From: Anthoceros angustus
Lineage: Eukaryota > Plantae > Anthocerotophyta
Direction: 5' to 3'
DNA length: 64,000 bases
NCBI GenBank assembly: GCA_010909165.1
Contig: MU008197.1
Coordinates: forward strand, 310,001 to 374,000
Position 1 is the first letter of the stretch; each line of letters opens with the position of its first letter. Made by a program: the position numbers and the translations under genes. Shown one piece after another: positions 38,401 to 52,079 of this stretch. The notes under the pieces are model-generated. The model was given only the letters and a program-made list of their open reading frames with translations. It ran no database searches and was not told where the DNA came from.

Positions 38401-41400
38401 CCCAAGAGGAGCGGGACGCAACGGACCCTGTGGTAAGTTCACCACCACCCGCCAGAAGGGAGGTGGGGCCCAAAGGGCAGGATGAGCCAACCACCCAAGA
38501 CAAGGGCCTGGTAGGGAGGAGGACCTAGCAAGACGAGGTCCATGCAAGGGTCCGGGGGACCGGACCCCGAGAATAAGCTCGGAGGTCCGAACCCCAGAGA
38601 CGAGGCCGGACCCACGGACTCAGGAAATAAGCCGGACCCCTGGAGTTCAGACTCCGGAGTCGAGACCGGACCTCGAGGTCAGGACTCCGGCAGTAAGGAG
38701 GAGCCCCCTTCGACTTACGCTAGGGGAGCGGATAGCCGGTGGCCCCACCGGAGGGGGACCCATGGGGAGGCCAGGGGAGGATGACGTTGTGGTAACGGCG
38801 GTCGTCAGACCGCCGCCGGTAGCCCAACCTGACAGGATTCCGGGAGAGGAGGGGTCCCGCCTCGCGGATCATCCGATTGGGTGCGCCGCAACTGTCAGGA
38901 CGGGAGATTGGACCACCAATCCCAAGGCGGAACTCGGGACCTTCCCAGCCCCACCGCCGGCGAAGGAGATAGGGGGAGGAATAGGATGGTAGGCGGCCGA
39001 TTAGGCATACCGAAATGGCCATCACCGTAATAGGTGTAATAAAGACGCCGACGTAGTATAAGAGGGTCGAATAAATCATCTTTCTTGGTGTTGATGCTGC
39101 TCTTGCACTTTTGTGTGTGTCTTGCTAACGTGAGTCTCGAGTCACCGAAAGGTGCACGGCGCTCCCGGAGAGATTGATCGTGGGTCCCGTGACGGACCTA
39201 ACGTGTTGTGGTGTGTGTGGGATGGCCGAGAGACCGGTAGAAGCCACCGGGCGCATGGTACTCCTCCGGGAGGCAGTTGGAGGGGCCGGGAGGCAGAAGG
39301 AAGGTAGGCTCTCATTGAGGAAGAGGAAGGGAGGCTGAGAGGAGGTCTGGTCCATCCGCAAGGGCCGGACTAAATTCCTTCGGTGGAGGAGCCGGTGAGC
39401 AGGCTAAGGAGGCCCAGGTGAGGACCTCTGAGCAGAGGGGTAGCCCAGGAAGCGGAGGCCGGGCGCAGGCGGGCGGGACTGGTGGAGGCCGACTAGACGA
39501 GCCAAGGGAGGCTCGGTGAAGGTGGCAGGCGGAAGCCTGAGCCGATCGCGATCACTATCGGCGTGATCGGGCAGGTGGAGGAGGCGGTGGGGTAGCCAGC
39601 CAATCCCAGGCCGGCGGCGGCGTGAGCAGCGCAGACGGCCGTGTGCTCGGGCAATCGGGACCTCGTAGCAGTGCAGGAGAGTAGAAGGGAGGCGGAGGCA
39701 AGGACACCTTGGAGTTACAACTCCAAGGCAGCGTCAGGCGGCAAGGGGTTCTCAAGAGAGAATCCAGACTTGACGGAGATAGGCGCCTCGGCTGCGAAGA
39801 TGGGCGGAGGGTGGTGGAGCAGCGCGGACCAGCCAGGCCCAAGTTCGCGACAAGGAGATGGGCGGACTCAGCTCCTTGCGGCTCATCTCAGCGGCTGCTT
39901 GCCCTACCGGGCGAGTGCGGAGCGGAGGAGTTGGAGCAGTGGAGCGGCGGCGGCGGGCGGGAGGTGGCAAGGCGACCCGACCTCGCGAGCGGCCGGCTCC
40001 GGCTATCAAACTGGCGAGGTGGACCAAGCAAGAGGCGGCTCGACTCGGGAGCACCTATGGCGAAGGAGTATCGGAATACTCGGGCACCGCGTGGAAGAGC
40101 AATCCAACAAGTGGATTCGGACTTTGCCTATTACCGAGCTCAGTGTAGGCCTCTCTCACCGCGCAAATAAACGGACCCCTGGAAATCGGAGGGAAGAAGG
40201 CAGGGCGGCAAGAGGGGACCTAGGGGCCTGTTTGGGAACACAGCGGCGAGAGAAGAGCCCAGAGGAGGCGGGGCCTGTGGACCCAGTAAGTTCACCACCA
40301 CCGCTCGGAGAAGGAGGTGTGGGCACGAAAGGAGTGCGAAGGAGGAACCAAGACAAGGGTCGGGGTAGGAGGAGGACCTAGCGATCGAGGTCCACGGGTA
40401 AGGGTCCGGAGCTTGGGGGCGGACCCCGGTGGTCGGACCACGAGGTCGAACCCGGAGGCGGACCCGGGGGGACTCGAAATAAGCGGACCCACAGGTTGGA
40501 CTCGAGTCGAGGCCGGACCTCGAGGTCGGGACTTGGCGATGAGGAGCCCCTGACTTCTGGAGGCGGAATGGCGGTGGCCCCAGGAGGACCATGGGAGGCA
40601 GGAGGATGACGTCGTGGTAGCGGTCGTCGCCGCCGCCGGTAACAACGGCGATTCGGGAGAGGAGGGTCCGCCTCGCGGATCATCCGATTAGATGCGCCCC
40701 ATCTGTCGGGGCGGAGATTGGACCACCAATCCCAAAGTGAACCGGGACCTTCAGCCACCGCCGTGAAGGAGATAGGGGAGGAATAGGATGGTAGGCGGCG
40801 ATTAGGGCATCTTGGTGCCATCGGCTCAGAATAGTGTAATAAAGGCCGACACAGGCGTAGTATAAGAGGGTGGGGTGCCACAGATAAATCATCTTTCTCT
40901 TGGTGTTGATCGCGTTCTTGCGGACCTTTGTGTGTCTTCTTGCTAACGTGAGTCTGAGTCCGGCGAGCCACGGCTCGGAGGGATTGATCGGGGTCACAGT
41001 GACGGACCCTAACGTGTTGTGGTGTGTGCGGGGGAAGGTGACTGGGGACCCGTGCTCGTCGAGCGGCCCGGTCGACGGAGCCGGAGCGTGTGGCCGGAGG
41101 ACTCGGGAGGCGTCTGAGCCGGACGGAGAGGCCCGAGAAGCGACGGAGGTCGGGTCATGTAACCGCACGTCTTTCCTTAAGGCGATAAGTGTAGTGTAGT
41201 GGAGAGGCAGACGAGATGTGAGTAATGACGTGAGCGAACAGACGCTTGACAGGTCCTTAAGCGTTTGGCCATACCGGGCTGTCTGCGGTGTTTGTCGTCG
41301 AGTAGTTAGACGTGAACGAGGAGTGTGTTGGGCGGACGCAAAGTGACGAGAATCGCTCGGCCGGAGCCCTATTCCTTGGGAACGAACTCCTTCCTACAAC

Positions 41401-41446
41401 ATGGATATGGATTATAGCGCGGCCGTCACAAGAAAGTCGCGCCACA
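35439..41446 (+). mobile_element. Solo LTR of the long-LTR family (opposite orientation) with an internal ~1.9-kb tandem duplication
   Basis: Reverse-complement match to the 4.2-kb LTR, starting TG..GGACT..GGGGTTAGGAAAT and ending AAAGTCGCGCCACA. The segment starting gggatggccgagagaccggtagaagcc occurs at 37341 and again at 39219. No TSD seen. Confidence 0.78.
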
Positions 41447-41667
41447 CCCGTCACCATGTCCGAGCTAGGTCTCCTTGCACAAGGCCGTCCCCTGATTTAG
41501 CGTCATCCTTTCCGGAGGGTTTCCAAGACCACATCAGAATGAGACCAGCAAAGTACCGCTTGCCTCCATCTTCAACCTTCATCGAATTGTCAAGGGCATT
41601 GGGGTGCTCGCCCATCAAGCTGTCCGTCAGCTTGACGTGGATATAGCAATCCTCTCTGCCTCCACAA

Positions 41668-41952
41668 TCACACTTTGTGTGGGCGGGATTTGTTTACATC
41701 TTGCGCTACCAAACCCACAATCCCGCTCTTCGCTTCCGCCAGGACTCCGATACGGCGATTGATGGCTCCCATGTCTCTAGTGGTGCCCGCGCACCTACGT
41801 CCTCGCAGTAGCCTATCGTGGTCTGCCGTTCTCGGAGCGTGAACCCACAACCACCGAGAGGAGCCAAGTGGAATAGCAATGTGGATGTGCGTACCGGCAA
41901 GCTCCACTTCCGTGGCTTCCCTCTCGAATACATCCAACAGACGTGCGCGCAA
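41668..41952 (-). pseudogene. Unknown protein-coding remnant, diverged homolog of 7985-8950
   Basis: Amino-acid level alignment to ORF 8230-9069 over about 85 residues. Confidence 0.5.
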
Positions 41953-42947
41953 GCTCCCATCGGAAGAACTCGCCGTTGCACATCAAGCCGAGTGCTTCGC
42001 GGGGTGGTTTACCCTCAATCGAAGACGCCATACTCACCGAGCGGCGCATGATCCATTGAAGGCCCCGCCCGGTAATTAGATCCAAGCTTGCTCCCAGAAA
42101 GTTTCCATGCCTTGGATGTCTGAAGATGACTAGCGTTGCTTATACCACGGTTAGATAGGAGAGCACTCGCATGATGCGCCATTGGTCCCGCATAACCCAT
42201 GTACTGAAATGATGGACGATTGTAGACAATAAGGCGTGAAAATGCCCTGCTCCAACACCACGCCATTCTCGCCTACTCTATAAGCTCCCTTGGGAGATAA
42301 GCAAGAGCTGCTTGCACATTGTCCCGACATTCTCGTGTCCGCGCTAGGCGCCACTGGTTTGCTGCCCGCCTCGCTCGCCGACCAGCGAAGTCCTCCTTCG
42401 CGCGATGCTATGCGTGGCGTGGACCGATCCTCTCCCACCCATGGCGCATGGCAGGATCACAGTATCGCCTGCGGTGTCCGAGAACATGCTTGCTATCGAT
42501 CGACGCGGCGTACTGTCATGGAGTGGCTGTGACACCGCATTTTCGTCGCCACCGTCATGGGTTCATAGAGCATCCTCTCCGGGACATTGCGCACGGCCAT
42601 TGGTATTCGGGCTTGGGTCCGGTTGATAGCTGTGATCATTCTTTCATGGCTGCCCGCTAGGTTGCAATGATGGGGAGTGCTCGCCATGTTGGGATGATTA
42701 TGCTCGAATGAAACTAACTGATACGCATTATTGCCATTTACCAGGATCATTATTCTGTCGGACTCGGAGGGTCGACCGTGAAACTACCTACCACTACGGA
42801 CACGATACAAACGTGGGTGCACGACTAGTCAGGGTGCAGAATGACTGCGGCCACTCCCGAGCGTGACTAATTAGTTGTGAACTCTGGTGGTGTCAACATC
42901 CGATTGACAACAAGGTTTACGCACAAGCTCTGCCGAAAGAGTCCGCG

Positions 42948-44410
42948 ATGGAAAAGTGCATCGTATGGCGCCCCTGCTGCAAATGTAAGAAGATGAAGCC
43001 TTTGCCTGGAGATGTTGCATGGCAGCACTGTTTCAGGCAATTCCGCCAAGGGATTGCACCCCGACAACCGGATCCACGAGAATTTATAATGCAGAATGTA
43101 GTTGATACGGCCGACCCGAATTCGGCTGGACCATTGGGGTCCGGGATACTGGCCCGTGGCCAACCTGCCACGCTCGAGGGGGGGCAAATGCAAGGCAATG
43201 ATAACTGTGAAGAGGATATGTGGCGCACCGATGCGTACATTATGGACCCGCTAGGAGAGGATGAAGATGGCACATCCGAGGGAAGTGCAGATGACATTGC
43301 CGAACGAGTGGACTCTAGTTTTTTTGATGGAGTGGGTGCGGATGGTGCTTTGATTTGGGCAAGTTTCATGGTGGCGTGACCTTTGCCCGGTGCCAAAGTG
43401 GATGTTCTCTCGGTCGTTATGATTGTCCTCGAAATACAATCAAAGTACGGAGTGAGCCACGCTGCTATGGATGCCCTTTTCCAAGCTTTGCATACGGCAA
43501 TCCGTGACCTTGAAAGCAAACACCTCGCTGAATTCCCCCAACAGCTGGGTGAGGTCTCGCTTCAACTCCTCTGGCATGCCTTTGCGGAATTTGAAGAATT
43601 TGCCCGGGCGGACCTCCACGTCTTCCACATCGTCAGGATTGACCGTCTCCCTTTCCGTCGCTGGCCACGCCTGCCGCCATCCTCCATCCGGGGTTCATCC
43701 TCACGCATCCCCCACTCTCGGAAAAGCTCGCCTGAGGTAAACCGGATCACTTCTTCGGGGTCCTCCCCCTCCTCGTTCGGTGGGTCTCCTTCCTTGCCTT
43801 TGTCTTCCTGGCTAGGCGCGGCCTCTACTCGGAAACAATTAACCACCTCCGCTCCAAAGGTGTCCCTCCGGTAGTACCAGAGGGGAATTGCCTTCCGGCG
43901 AGCCAAGCGGAAGCTTCGGGCATTATTTCATGTGTGTCGATGGGATGTGAGCGGATCCATGTATGTCCTAAAGGGTGCATGCTGTTTAGAGGGCAATATT
44001 CGAGGGAGAAGAATTGCTTGAAATGTGGCCTTCCTCTTCACGATCGTGAAGAGGGAACGACCGAGCAAAGTCATGTGGTACTTCCCTTTGAAGAGGTGCC
44101 GACGTATGTTCGTTATTCCACGGCCCTGGCCTTGGTGGCCCATCGGCGCAACTCCGGAGACCGGTGGAAATGGCACTAATGGCAGATACGCCCGCATGGG
44201 CTACACTGGATGCGATTGATGGTTTCGGGGAGGAAGACCGTAATCTCTGATTTGGCTTAAGCACTGATGGCATTAATCCTCTTGACAAGCATTCGACGTC
44301 TGATGTGGCAGTTCTGCCGAACTATAATTTGGCCCCTTGAAGACCATACGGAAGAATTATATTGGAGCATGTTGGTGCTCGTTCATTCTAAAGTATACAT
44401 TGAACCATTG
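42948..44410 (+). mobile_element. CACTA transposase 5' portion, degenerate and interrupted
   Basis: CCKCKK..QHC N-terminal region, VLEIQSKYGVSHAAMDALF, PEGNCLP, ERIHVCPKGCMLFRG..CLKCG, KVMWYFPL, MADTPAW, RNL*FGLSTDGINP, NYNLAP. Confidence 0.85.
43501..43870 (-). mobile_element. Internal gypsy pol fragment (PR-RT linker) inserted in the CACTA transposase
   Basis: Similar to about 16654-17005 (tccgtgaccttgaaagcaaacacc...aa(g)gtgtccctcc). TCCG occurs at both ends. Confidence 0.75.
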
Positions 44411-45007
44411 AGTACATGAAATTACTTGTTCCCTCACAAAATGGGGCATTTCGTCACAAGGCGTATACCCATTGATACAACATGGGATCCACCTCAAAGT
44501 GTTTATCCCGACTCACCGCATTTGTCCAAAAAAGGTCGTCACGTAGCCTCCGAACACTCTGTGCGCGACTTTCGATTGATGGCAGCAGCGCTACAATCCG
44601 TGTCGTGTAGTAAGGGGTTCGTTCCACAGGGAATGGACTCGTGCTTATTCTGCCTGAGCTATACAACCTATCGCCTGAACGGACTTCATCATGTTGGGTC
44701 CGGCGGCTCCACAACCCTAAGTGTGTGGCCCTCCACAACTCGTCGGACCCGACGCGCAGCCACCGGACCTTCCAACAAACCCCGCCCGGGTTTCTCCAGT
44801 ACCACCGGAACAGGTTTAGCGACGCGTTCCTCCGTCGATCGTACTCTGGCCCGGCGCTCCTCAACTCTGTCCGGCCACTCCACCTCAACACACACGCCAG
44901 CAACGCGACCCTCCTCCTTATCCATTCCAGCTAGTAGTCACACACCAACACGCCGATGTATTCACGAGCCGCCTTTTGTTGCTGCTACGTTCTGTGAGTA
45001 GCTTCAT

Positions 45008-45340
45008 GACCTACAACCCCACGCCTCGTTCCAGCTGACCTCCGGGATGGCTTCCGCCCAGTCACCCCAAGCGCCTCCTAATCCCCTCCTGCCGTTCGGA
45101 TAACCTTGACTGCAACCCCCTGACCTCCGTTCCACGGCCTCCGGGATGGCTTCCGCCCAGTCACCCCAAGTGCCTCCTAATCCCCTCCGCCTTCACGTTG
45201 TCTTGAGTAAGCTGACTGCAACCCCACGACCTCCGTTCAAGCCTCGAGGATGGCTTCCAAGAGTCACCCCAAGTGCCTCCTAATCCTCCCGCTTCACGTT
45301 ACATGCGGAGTAACCATGACTGCAACCCCACAGCCTCGTT
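45008..45340. repeat. About 105-bp tandem repeat (about 3 copies) inside the solo LTR
   Basis: Recurring gactgcaacccc...ggatggcttcc...agtcaccccaag(c/t)gcctcctaatcc. Confidence 0.8.
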
Positions 45341-45650
45341 CTGACCTCAAGGTTAGTCTGCGCTGAAATCACCCGCGAGCACCTCCTGAGCTCGTGTCCG
45401 ACCCCTGCACCCATCAAGCATGTTGGCGGAGCTCGTCACCAGAGCCCTAAACACATCCCTCTACCACCAATTAATCCTGCACGGTGACGCAGGAACTCAC
45501 TCCGTTCCTCGAGCACGGAAGGCAAGAGCCCACGGAGCGCGAAGATGGTACCCGGGATAGTCTACCCTCTTGGGCGCCGGGCCTCTCTTTATATCCCCAA
45601 CACCCTAATCTAACCCACCTATGTATGTACCTTAACCCTGGATCGTGGTA

Positions 45651-45891
45651 GCCGCTCGGCCGGACTTACTCCGTCGAACGCCGCTCGGCCGGACTTACTC
45701 CGTCGACGCCGCCGGCGGACTTACCGTCGCTGTGCGCCGGACTTACCGTCGAGCCGGACTTACTCGTCGAGCGCCGCCGGCGGACTTCTCCGTCGAGCGC
45801 CGCTCGGCGGACTTACTCGTCGACGCCGGCGGACTTACCCTATCTAACGCCGCTTGGTCGGACTTACTCCGTCGAACGCCGCTCGGCCGGA
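45651..45891. repeat. About 25-30-bp minisatellite inside the solo LTR
   Basis: About 9 copies of the cggacttact(c)cgtcga..cgccg core. Confidence 0.8.
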
Positions 45892-46276
45892 CCATATCTT
45901 CCCCTTCGCCAGATCACCCCATTCCGACGGACCAGTCCTGCACCCGTCGGACCTGTTCACGCCCTAACGGACCCAGGGTTTATGGATTGCACTCTAAGTG
46001 CAATCTGGCCAAAACGGCCTTATTGGCTAACTGCTCCCTATCCCTCTTGACAGTAACGACCCGAAAAAAAGCAAAATAAGCCTAAAACAAGCCGCCAGGA
46101 GTACGGACATCGGATTTGGCACTCCACACACTCACAACCACGTGCATGACAAATTGACAGAGACCCCTCACATGATCCACACGACAAACACATTCAATCG
46201 TCACATGATCTTCAACTTTTTCGCCTTCGCATGTTCGACCTTTACCAACCACTCTATGTACTTCCTCTCATGTCGG

Positions 46277-46832
46277 CACTACAAGGAGGGGCTACCTTTT
46301 ACAAATGGGTCTAAGTTTAGTTAGAGGAAACTACAACACTCTTACCTACTCAAAGCACATTGTAAGTTTTGAACATTTACAACAAGGGTTCTAACTAATA
46401 TGATGTGGCATGGATTTTACAACAGGGGTTTGTTGACATGGCATGTTGACACGAATTTTACAACGGGGATTTGTTGACATGGCATGTTGACACGAATTTT
46501 ACAATGGGGGTTTATTGACATGGCTTGCTCGTTGTACATGACGTTGTTAATTGTGCATAAACTCTTTTTGATTTAGAAAACTATGGGGGGGGTTATTTGT
46601 TAATAAAACTATATTTTGTTGAATATATAATGACGTGGCCTGTTTTTTGTAAAGGATGTTGTAAACGGTACTTGTAAAAGACGTTGTAAACCATGTTTGT
46701 TGTAGATGTGGTTGTAAATTGTGCAAGACTTGATTTTTTGGAATAATACCATTTATTGGAATATCTATGAATAGATTTATTATTTGCTGATGTGGCAAGT
46801 TCGTTGCAAATGAAGTTGTAAATATGTTTCTC
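46277..46832. mobile_element. Probable non-autonomous CACTA remnant
   Basis: Starts CACTACAAG, with TTTACAAC repeats on the left (including 42-bp tandem units at about 46415-46525) and inverted GTTGTAAA repeats on the right. The matching terminal TAGTG was not found. Confidence 0.55.
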
Positions 46833-48308
46833 TGGATTTATGTATTGGCTCCACCCGGGTGGAGCCAATACAGTTGTTCTACGTTTTCATTTTGCTTCTC
46901 CATTGGCCACATCAAAAACTTAGTCGCCAAAGACTGTGTCCTTCAGGATCATGGTCGCTTCGCCATTCACGCAAATGATGATCTGTCTGACACACCTCAT
47001 GCCCGCATTGAATTTTGCCCGTAGGCCGATGCCCATTCTAATGATGCTGGCAATGGCCACCCGCCTTTTGAATCTAGCCAGGGGCCGATATTCAGTGGTT
47101 CCTATCCACCATCTTCATGCCTCTCGTGTAAATGGGAATGTAGGGGAACCCGCTGACCACACGGCTCATACAGTCGAACCAATGCCAGATTTGTTCTATG
47201 GATGTGACAGAGAGGACATGCCTCGTGCATAGAATCATGATGCGCTTGCGGACCTTGATGCCGATGCGCCAGAATCTGTGGACTTGGATGACCTCTTGGC
47301 CGCTGCTGGTGTTCCAGACGTTCCTGGCAAGGAGAGAGCACACTACGGCATGCTGGGTTGGATTGTAACGCGATTTGTATAACGAAATTCCCGATTTTGT
47401 AACACCTTCTTGGTTTTGTAACGCGATCCGGCTCAACTAACTGGGCGAATTGCCGTGAAGGGCCCATTACTCACCGCGTTGTTTAATCAGCCGTTACTAA
47501 CAAGAATGTAACGCTTCATAACCGCGGCAAAGCCTTAACCCGTGGCCGGACATGTGCGAACGCCTCGGTCGTCGTCAAGCGGCTTTGCTGCTGCGTGCCA
47601 CACGAGGCAATTTTGGTTTAGGGAGCTGTCTGGAAATGACATATGCATGCCCCTTGCCCACATACGATGCGTGTCACTTTCCGAACCACGAGCCATTGCC
47701 CCACATGGTCGCCGCATGTCCTTGTTATTGGGTGTGGTCGGCGTACAAGCGTCCACAGTTGCTCATTCGGAAGTGTTAAAAACGGGCTCCACGCGGCAAA
47801 CTCGGGCGGCCGCCGACCATGTGCAGCCGTTTTAACATTCTCACCGGCCGGGACCGACGTAGGGCGCCACCGTCCACGTGAAGCTCAATGTCCGCAGCCG
47901 GGCCGATTTGACATTGCACAATGACCACCCATTTCACTGATTTTTGGGCCTGTAAACACGGTTACTGCCGTAATAATTGGTTTACTAAGTTCGTAAACAA
48001 AAAGCGGCACCTATTAGTGGGAGGAACCGCGACACTAATCCGCATGGTGTCTTTCAGTTTTAACTTTGCCCCTGGGTAAACACTTTCCCACCACCCTATG
48101 CACCAGTCGTGGAGCCAGTGACTACCCCTCCATCGGCCTTTCCAAAGTCATAAATAATGTAGACGTCACTCCTGGCCCGATCCTCCTACCCCAGCCGTTT
48201 TCCCTACAAACATGCAAAGTGCCTAAACCACACTGTGCTGGCGAAGTGGCTCTATGCCCATTACGCGGGTTCCTCAATGAATGCAGCCTAGACTTCACAT
48301 GTAGCCCT

Positions 48309-50176
48309 CTAGTATTCCGATGCGTATGGCATTGCAGACTTCAACTTCCCGCGTTTGGGCTTCTCGCTGTTCTTCCCGCCCTTCCCTTTGCACGTCTTCT
48401 TGCCAGCCCGACAGGCTGAGGAGGTACTCCTCTTTTTACCAGCGTGATTGGCCTTCCTAGCGACTGTGGGCAAAGCGGCCCATTGTATGCGCGAACCTGG
48501 TGCCACACTTGACTCATCTTCACCGTCGCTTCCACCCTCCTCCTGTACATGTGTCATCCCGAATCATGAACTGTAGCCGTGCATCGACATGCTATTGATG
48601 CCATAAACAACCAACACCACAACCAACCAAGCCCATAAACAATGCACATTCCAGCCAAGCATAAACAATGCACTCAAGGCAAGCAGAGGGTTGAAGGAGC
48701 CTTACCCCTAAGTCGAAAACCACAGGTTCCCTCCCATGTTCTTCAGCGTCCTTTGTTGGGCGCGGCATCTGGCAGGTCCATGCCTCCTCCCGCACGCCGC
48801 GCCTCACCTCTACACTATGGACTGAAGCCAGGATGCCCTGCTGGGCCCTGCTCGTGGATGGTTCATTGTGCCGCACTGGTTCCTCAATTCGGGCCGCGAC
48901 ATTCAGAATGGACGTCTCTTCAATCATCCCTGAAACCCTCAGTGCCTTGCTTGCCTCCAGGTCTACTTCATCAGTTCCTGCCCCCTCATCCACGGCGTCC
49001 TCCTTGCTCTCCTTCTCCACTGCATTCACTCAAACCCACGGCCCGGAGTTAGAGGATTATCGAAATCTGGGGGAAGAATGTCATTCAGCCATTGTGCTTA
49101 CCTCTATTCATGAAAGTTTCTGCCCAGTAGTCCTCCATGTCCTCCACGCTGTGTTCAAATGCCCAGCGCTCTTCGCTCCAAGTGGGATACCGCCCCCAGC
49201 TTGCGCGAAACCTCTTAGCAAAACCTTCCCGCCCTTCTCGCCCATACGGGTTCGGCCCTTTCGGCCCGTCCATCTGCTTCCGGCACGCAGCTGCCTTCGA
49301 TTGCTGAGAGAAGGCATCTTCCTCTCCAGCTCAAACTCGCGCCCAGCGTTCCTCCATTTCTCGAACGCATTTCTCCCAAACATCCCTCGCTACGTTGCTC
49401 GGCATCCGACCTTGCTTTCCAGAAAGCCTGAAGCTTGGTTGTCGTCTATGACGCACTAGTTCACTGGCCGCCTTCCTGCAACGACATATCCTGCTACGTT
49501 GACACTGGCTAAACTGTCGATTGAGAGTTGCTTTGCTGATGGTCGGGGCCACTACAACCACTTGCTGCCTGCACTCTTCCTTTACATCCTCGGTGTGGTC
49601 CTTCCAGTTGCAAAGGCCTCTCAATTCAGTTTGCACTAATTGTCGGATTAGCTTCAGCACGCCACACCACTCCAGGGGTGTGAGACCACCCCGACGAGAC
49701 ACCATCTGCACCGCCGCCGGCGGTGCCTTGCCAAGCTTCCCTGCTCCATATTCCGTAGCCGCGCCCACTTCATCCACCATCCGCCGCACACCGTCCACAC
49801 CCACGGCGTCCAAGACTTGCCTCAACATGTCGCTCACCTGGTCCTCACTCATTTTTTATGGCGGGCTCCGAACACCTGCCAGGGTTAGAGGTACCACCGG
49901 CCTCTCTTACACCTCTGCCTTGCTAGACATGATTCGATGTGCCCACGCCTCTGTCCATTCGGCCTCAATATCGTCCTGTGTATCAGTGGGTCGAAACTGA
50001 CCGCCTGCAGGCATGGACACATTCTGGTCATCGCCGACTCCCCGAAACGCCCACCCTGCACCTTCGTCGCAGGCAATTGCGACCTCAGGCTCCTCGAAAC
50101 CCGACGGCCCTTCATACCCGCTGCCTCCCGCGTGGGCCACACTCGTCGCCTTTGCCTGCCCTCGCGTTCTGGCCAT
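48309..50176 (-). pseudogene. Spliced TE-derived ORF resembling CACTA TnpA/ORF2
   Basis: Exon-like segments MARTRG..., WKDHTEDVKEEC, PSNVARDVWEKCV, YGREGREGFAKRFRASWGRYPT and a basic C-terminus. Similarity judged by motif pattern only. Confidence 0.45.
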
Positions 50177-50870
50177 TTTCGTCAAACGCGCCCCTGCCCC
50201 CCCATCTATTCTACCTACGACAATGAGGCAGGGAGGTGGAGGAGTCACGCCCCGCCATGTTTCAAAACAATGTCCTTTTGCGCGCCTTGCCGCCGAGCTT
50301 CCCGAATGTTCCCGTACCATCAGTTTGAAAAGCGCATCCATCTGGTGTGGCGTTTCCAGCGTAGCACTCGGAGCGTGACGACCTGATTTCGACTCTCGCG
50401 ATCTCCCACGATTACCGGCCGATGGTGTGCCAGGATTCTCCGTGAAAGCGGATTGCCCATTCCGAGGTTAGAGCTCATATTTGTGCCACAAATTCATTGT
50501 GAATCCGCTCTGTATCGACAGAAACGTGTGTCGTGTCCAACCTAGCCTTCAGCTGGCGCCTAGCGTTCCTGTCCATCTTGGTTGCACAGGAGGCGCTTGA
50601 CACACCACCGGAATTATCGGCAGCAGCTGCTCCTGCCACACGCTGCCGAGCCTTCACCCTACTCGTTGCTAGTGACATGGTGTCCTTCACCTCTGAAGCT
50701 GCTGGCTGCCTTGTCGCCTGCTGCACCCACCGGTTTGGCTGCAGCGCACCGCTCCCTGGGAAGGCGGGCGATGCGCAGCGACCCCAAAGGCCTTCCGCAC
50801 AAACCCACCCCTATTGCCTCGCACCACCGAGCTCCCAAATCCACCGAGCACCACAGGCCCACGCCCAGAA

Positions 50871-51235
50871 AAGCTCGCTGACGGCACCCGGTCCCAAACG
50901 CCTCCGCAAAAGCCACCGCCCACTACACCACCGAGCTACCAACCGCCAGAAGAACTCGGTTCGACCCCAAGCATTTTTTACAAGACAACACCGTCACACC
51001 ACCTATTGCCCGCGACAAAGCTCTAGCGGCCATATAGGGACTCACTGTGGAAAACTGGTCAGGGTCTTATCGCGCCGCGACTCCACCTCGCCGCATCTAC
51101 GCCTTCCACGCTCCTGTGAAAGCTCGCCGACGGCCGACGGTCCCAAACGCCCTCCGCAAAAGCCACCGCCCACCGCCGCACCACCGAGCTACCAACCGTA
51201 AGAACTCGGTTTCACCTCGCAGTTTTTACACGCTG
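50871..51235. repeat. About 110-bp direct repeat, two copies
   Basis: aagctcgc(t/c)gacggc..cggtcccaaacgcc..cgcaaaagccaccgcccac..ccaccgagctaccaaccg at about 50871 and 51120. Confidence 0.7.
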
Positions 51236-52079
51236 CGTCACCACTGCATTTTGACGCAGCTCTAGCGAAGCTGCGTCGGTCGCATGGTCGACAACCGCTC
51301 ATCGCCCGCTGCCCAAGGTTGAGCTCGCGATTGATGATGCATGCACAAATCCAATGCTTGTGAGTCTCAACATTAGGAGCACGGCTGATGGAAGTGGATA
51401 ACCTCATTATCACCCTTAAAAAGTCAACGACCATCCCGCCCGTTTCCGCCTCCTGCTTCCCGCCCGTCGGTCACTTACGAGTTTGTATAATAAATTGTCC
51501 CTAGCATATATAGCAAGACTTAATCTAATAATATATCAAATAAATTAATTTTCCAAATATAAAAATTTAAATATATCTATGAAGTTAAAAACGAATAGCC
51601 CTAAAAATATCGGTCAAAATGGGCATAATTTCAATTGTTAAGAAATCTCTGTGTCATGCAAAACACCACTTAGAGACGGTTTAGTTTAAACCGCACAAAC
51701 AAAACCGGCTGATTCCCTGCCAGCTCGAGGCTTGCATGTGGGGAGCCGCGTTACGCAGAAGGAAGGAGGGCTCCTATAAGAAGCACCACATAGCTCACAA
51801 TGCAGCACAAAGGGTTGATTACAATAACCAGAGCTCGAGCAGGCGATCTTCCGAGCCCGCGGAGTGTGTGCGACTCGGGTCTCAGTCTCGGGTCTCAACC
51901 TGTTCACCAAGCACTCGATCACGAACTCCCACTGTCCTGTTCATTTTGAACATACTGTAATAGATTATGTTTTCTCACCTGCAATAAAATCACCTACACG
52001 GTCAGAAGGAATGTAAGCGCGCTTCACATTCATGTGCATTTTGATCTTCCTCGATGATCGCCACGCCCCATGACAAATG

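Larger units (their letters stand above)
44560..46128 (-). mobile_element. Solo LTR (1569 bp) with 5-bp TSD CACTC
   Basis: TG...CA termini, with CACTC at 44555-44559 and 46129-46133. The left end (tgtgcgcgactttc..gatggc..acaatccgtgtcgt..gttcc..agggaatg) matches the start of the 8951 LTR; both right ends finish TCCACA. Confidence 0.85.
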
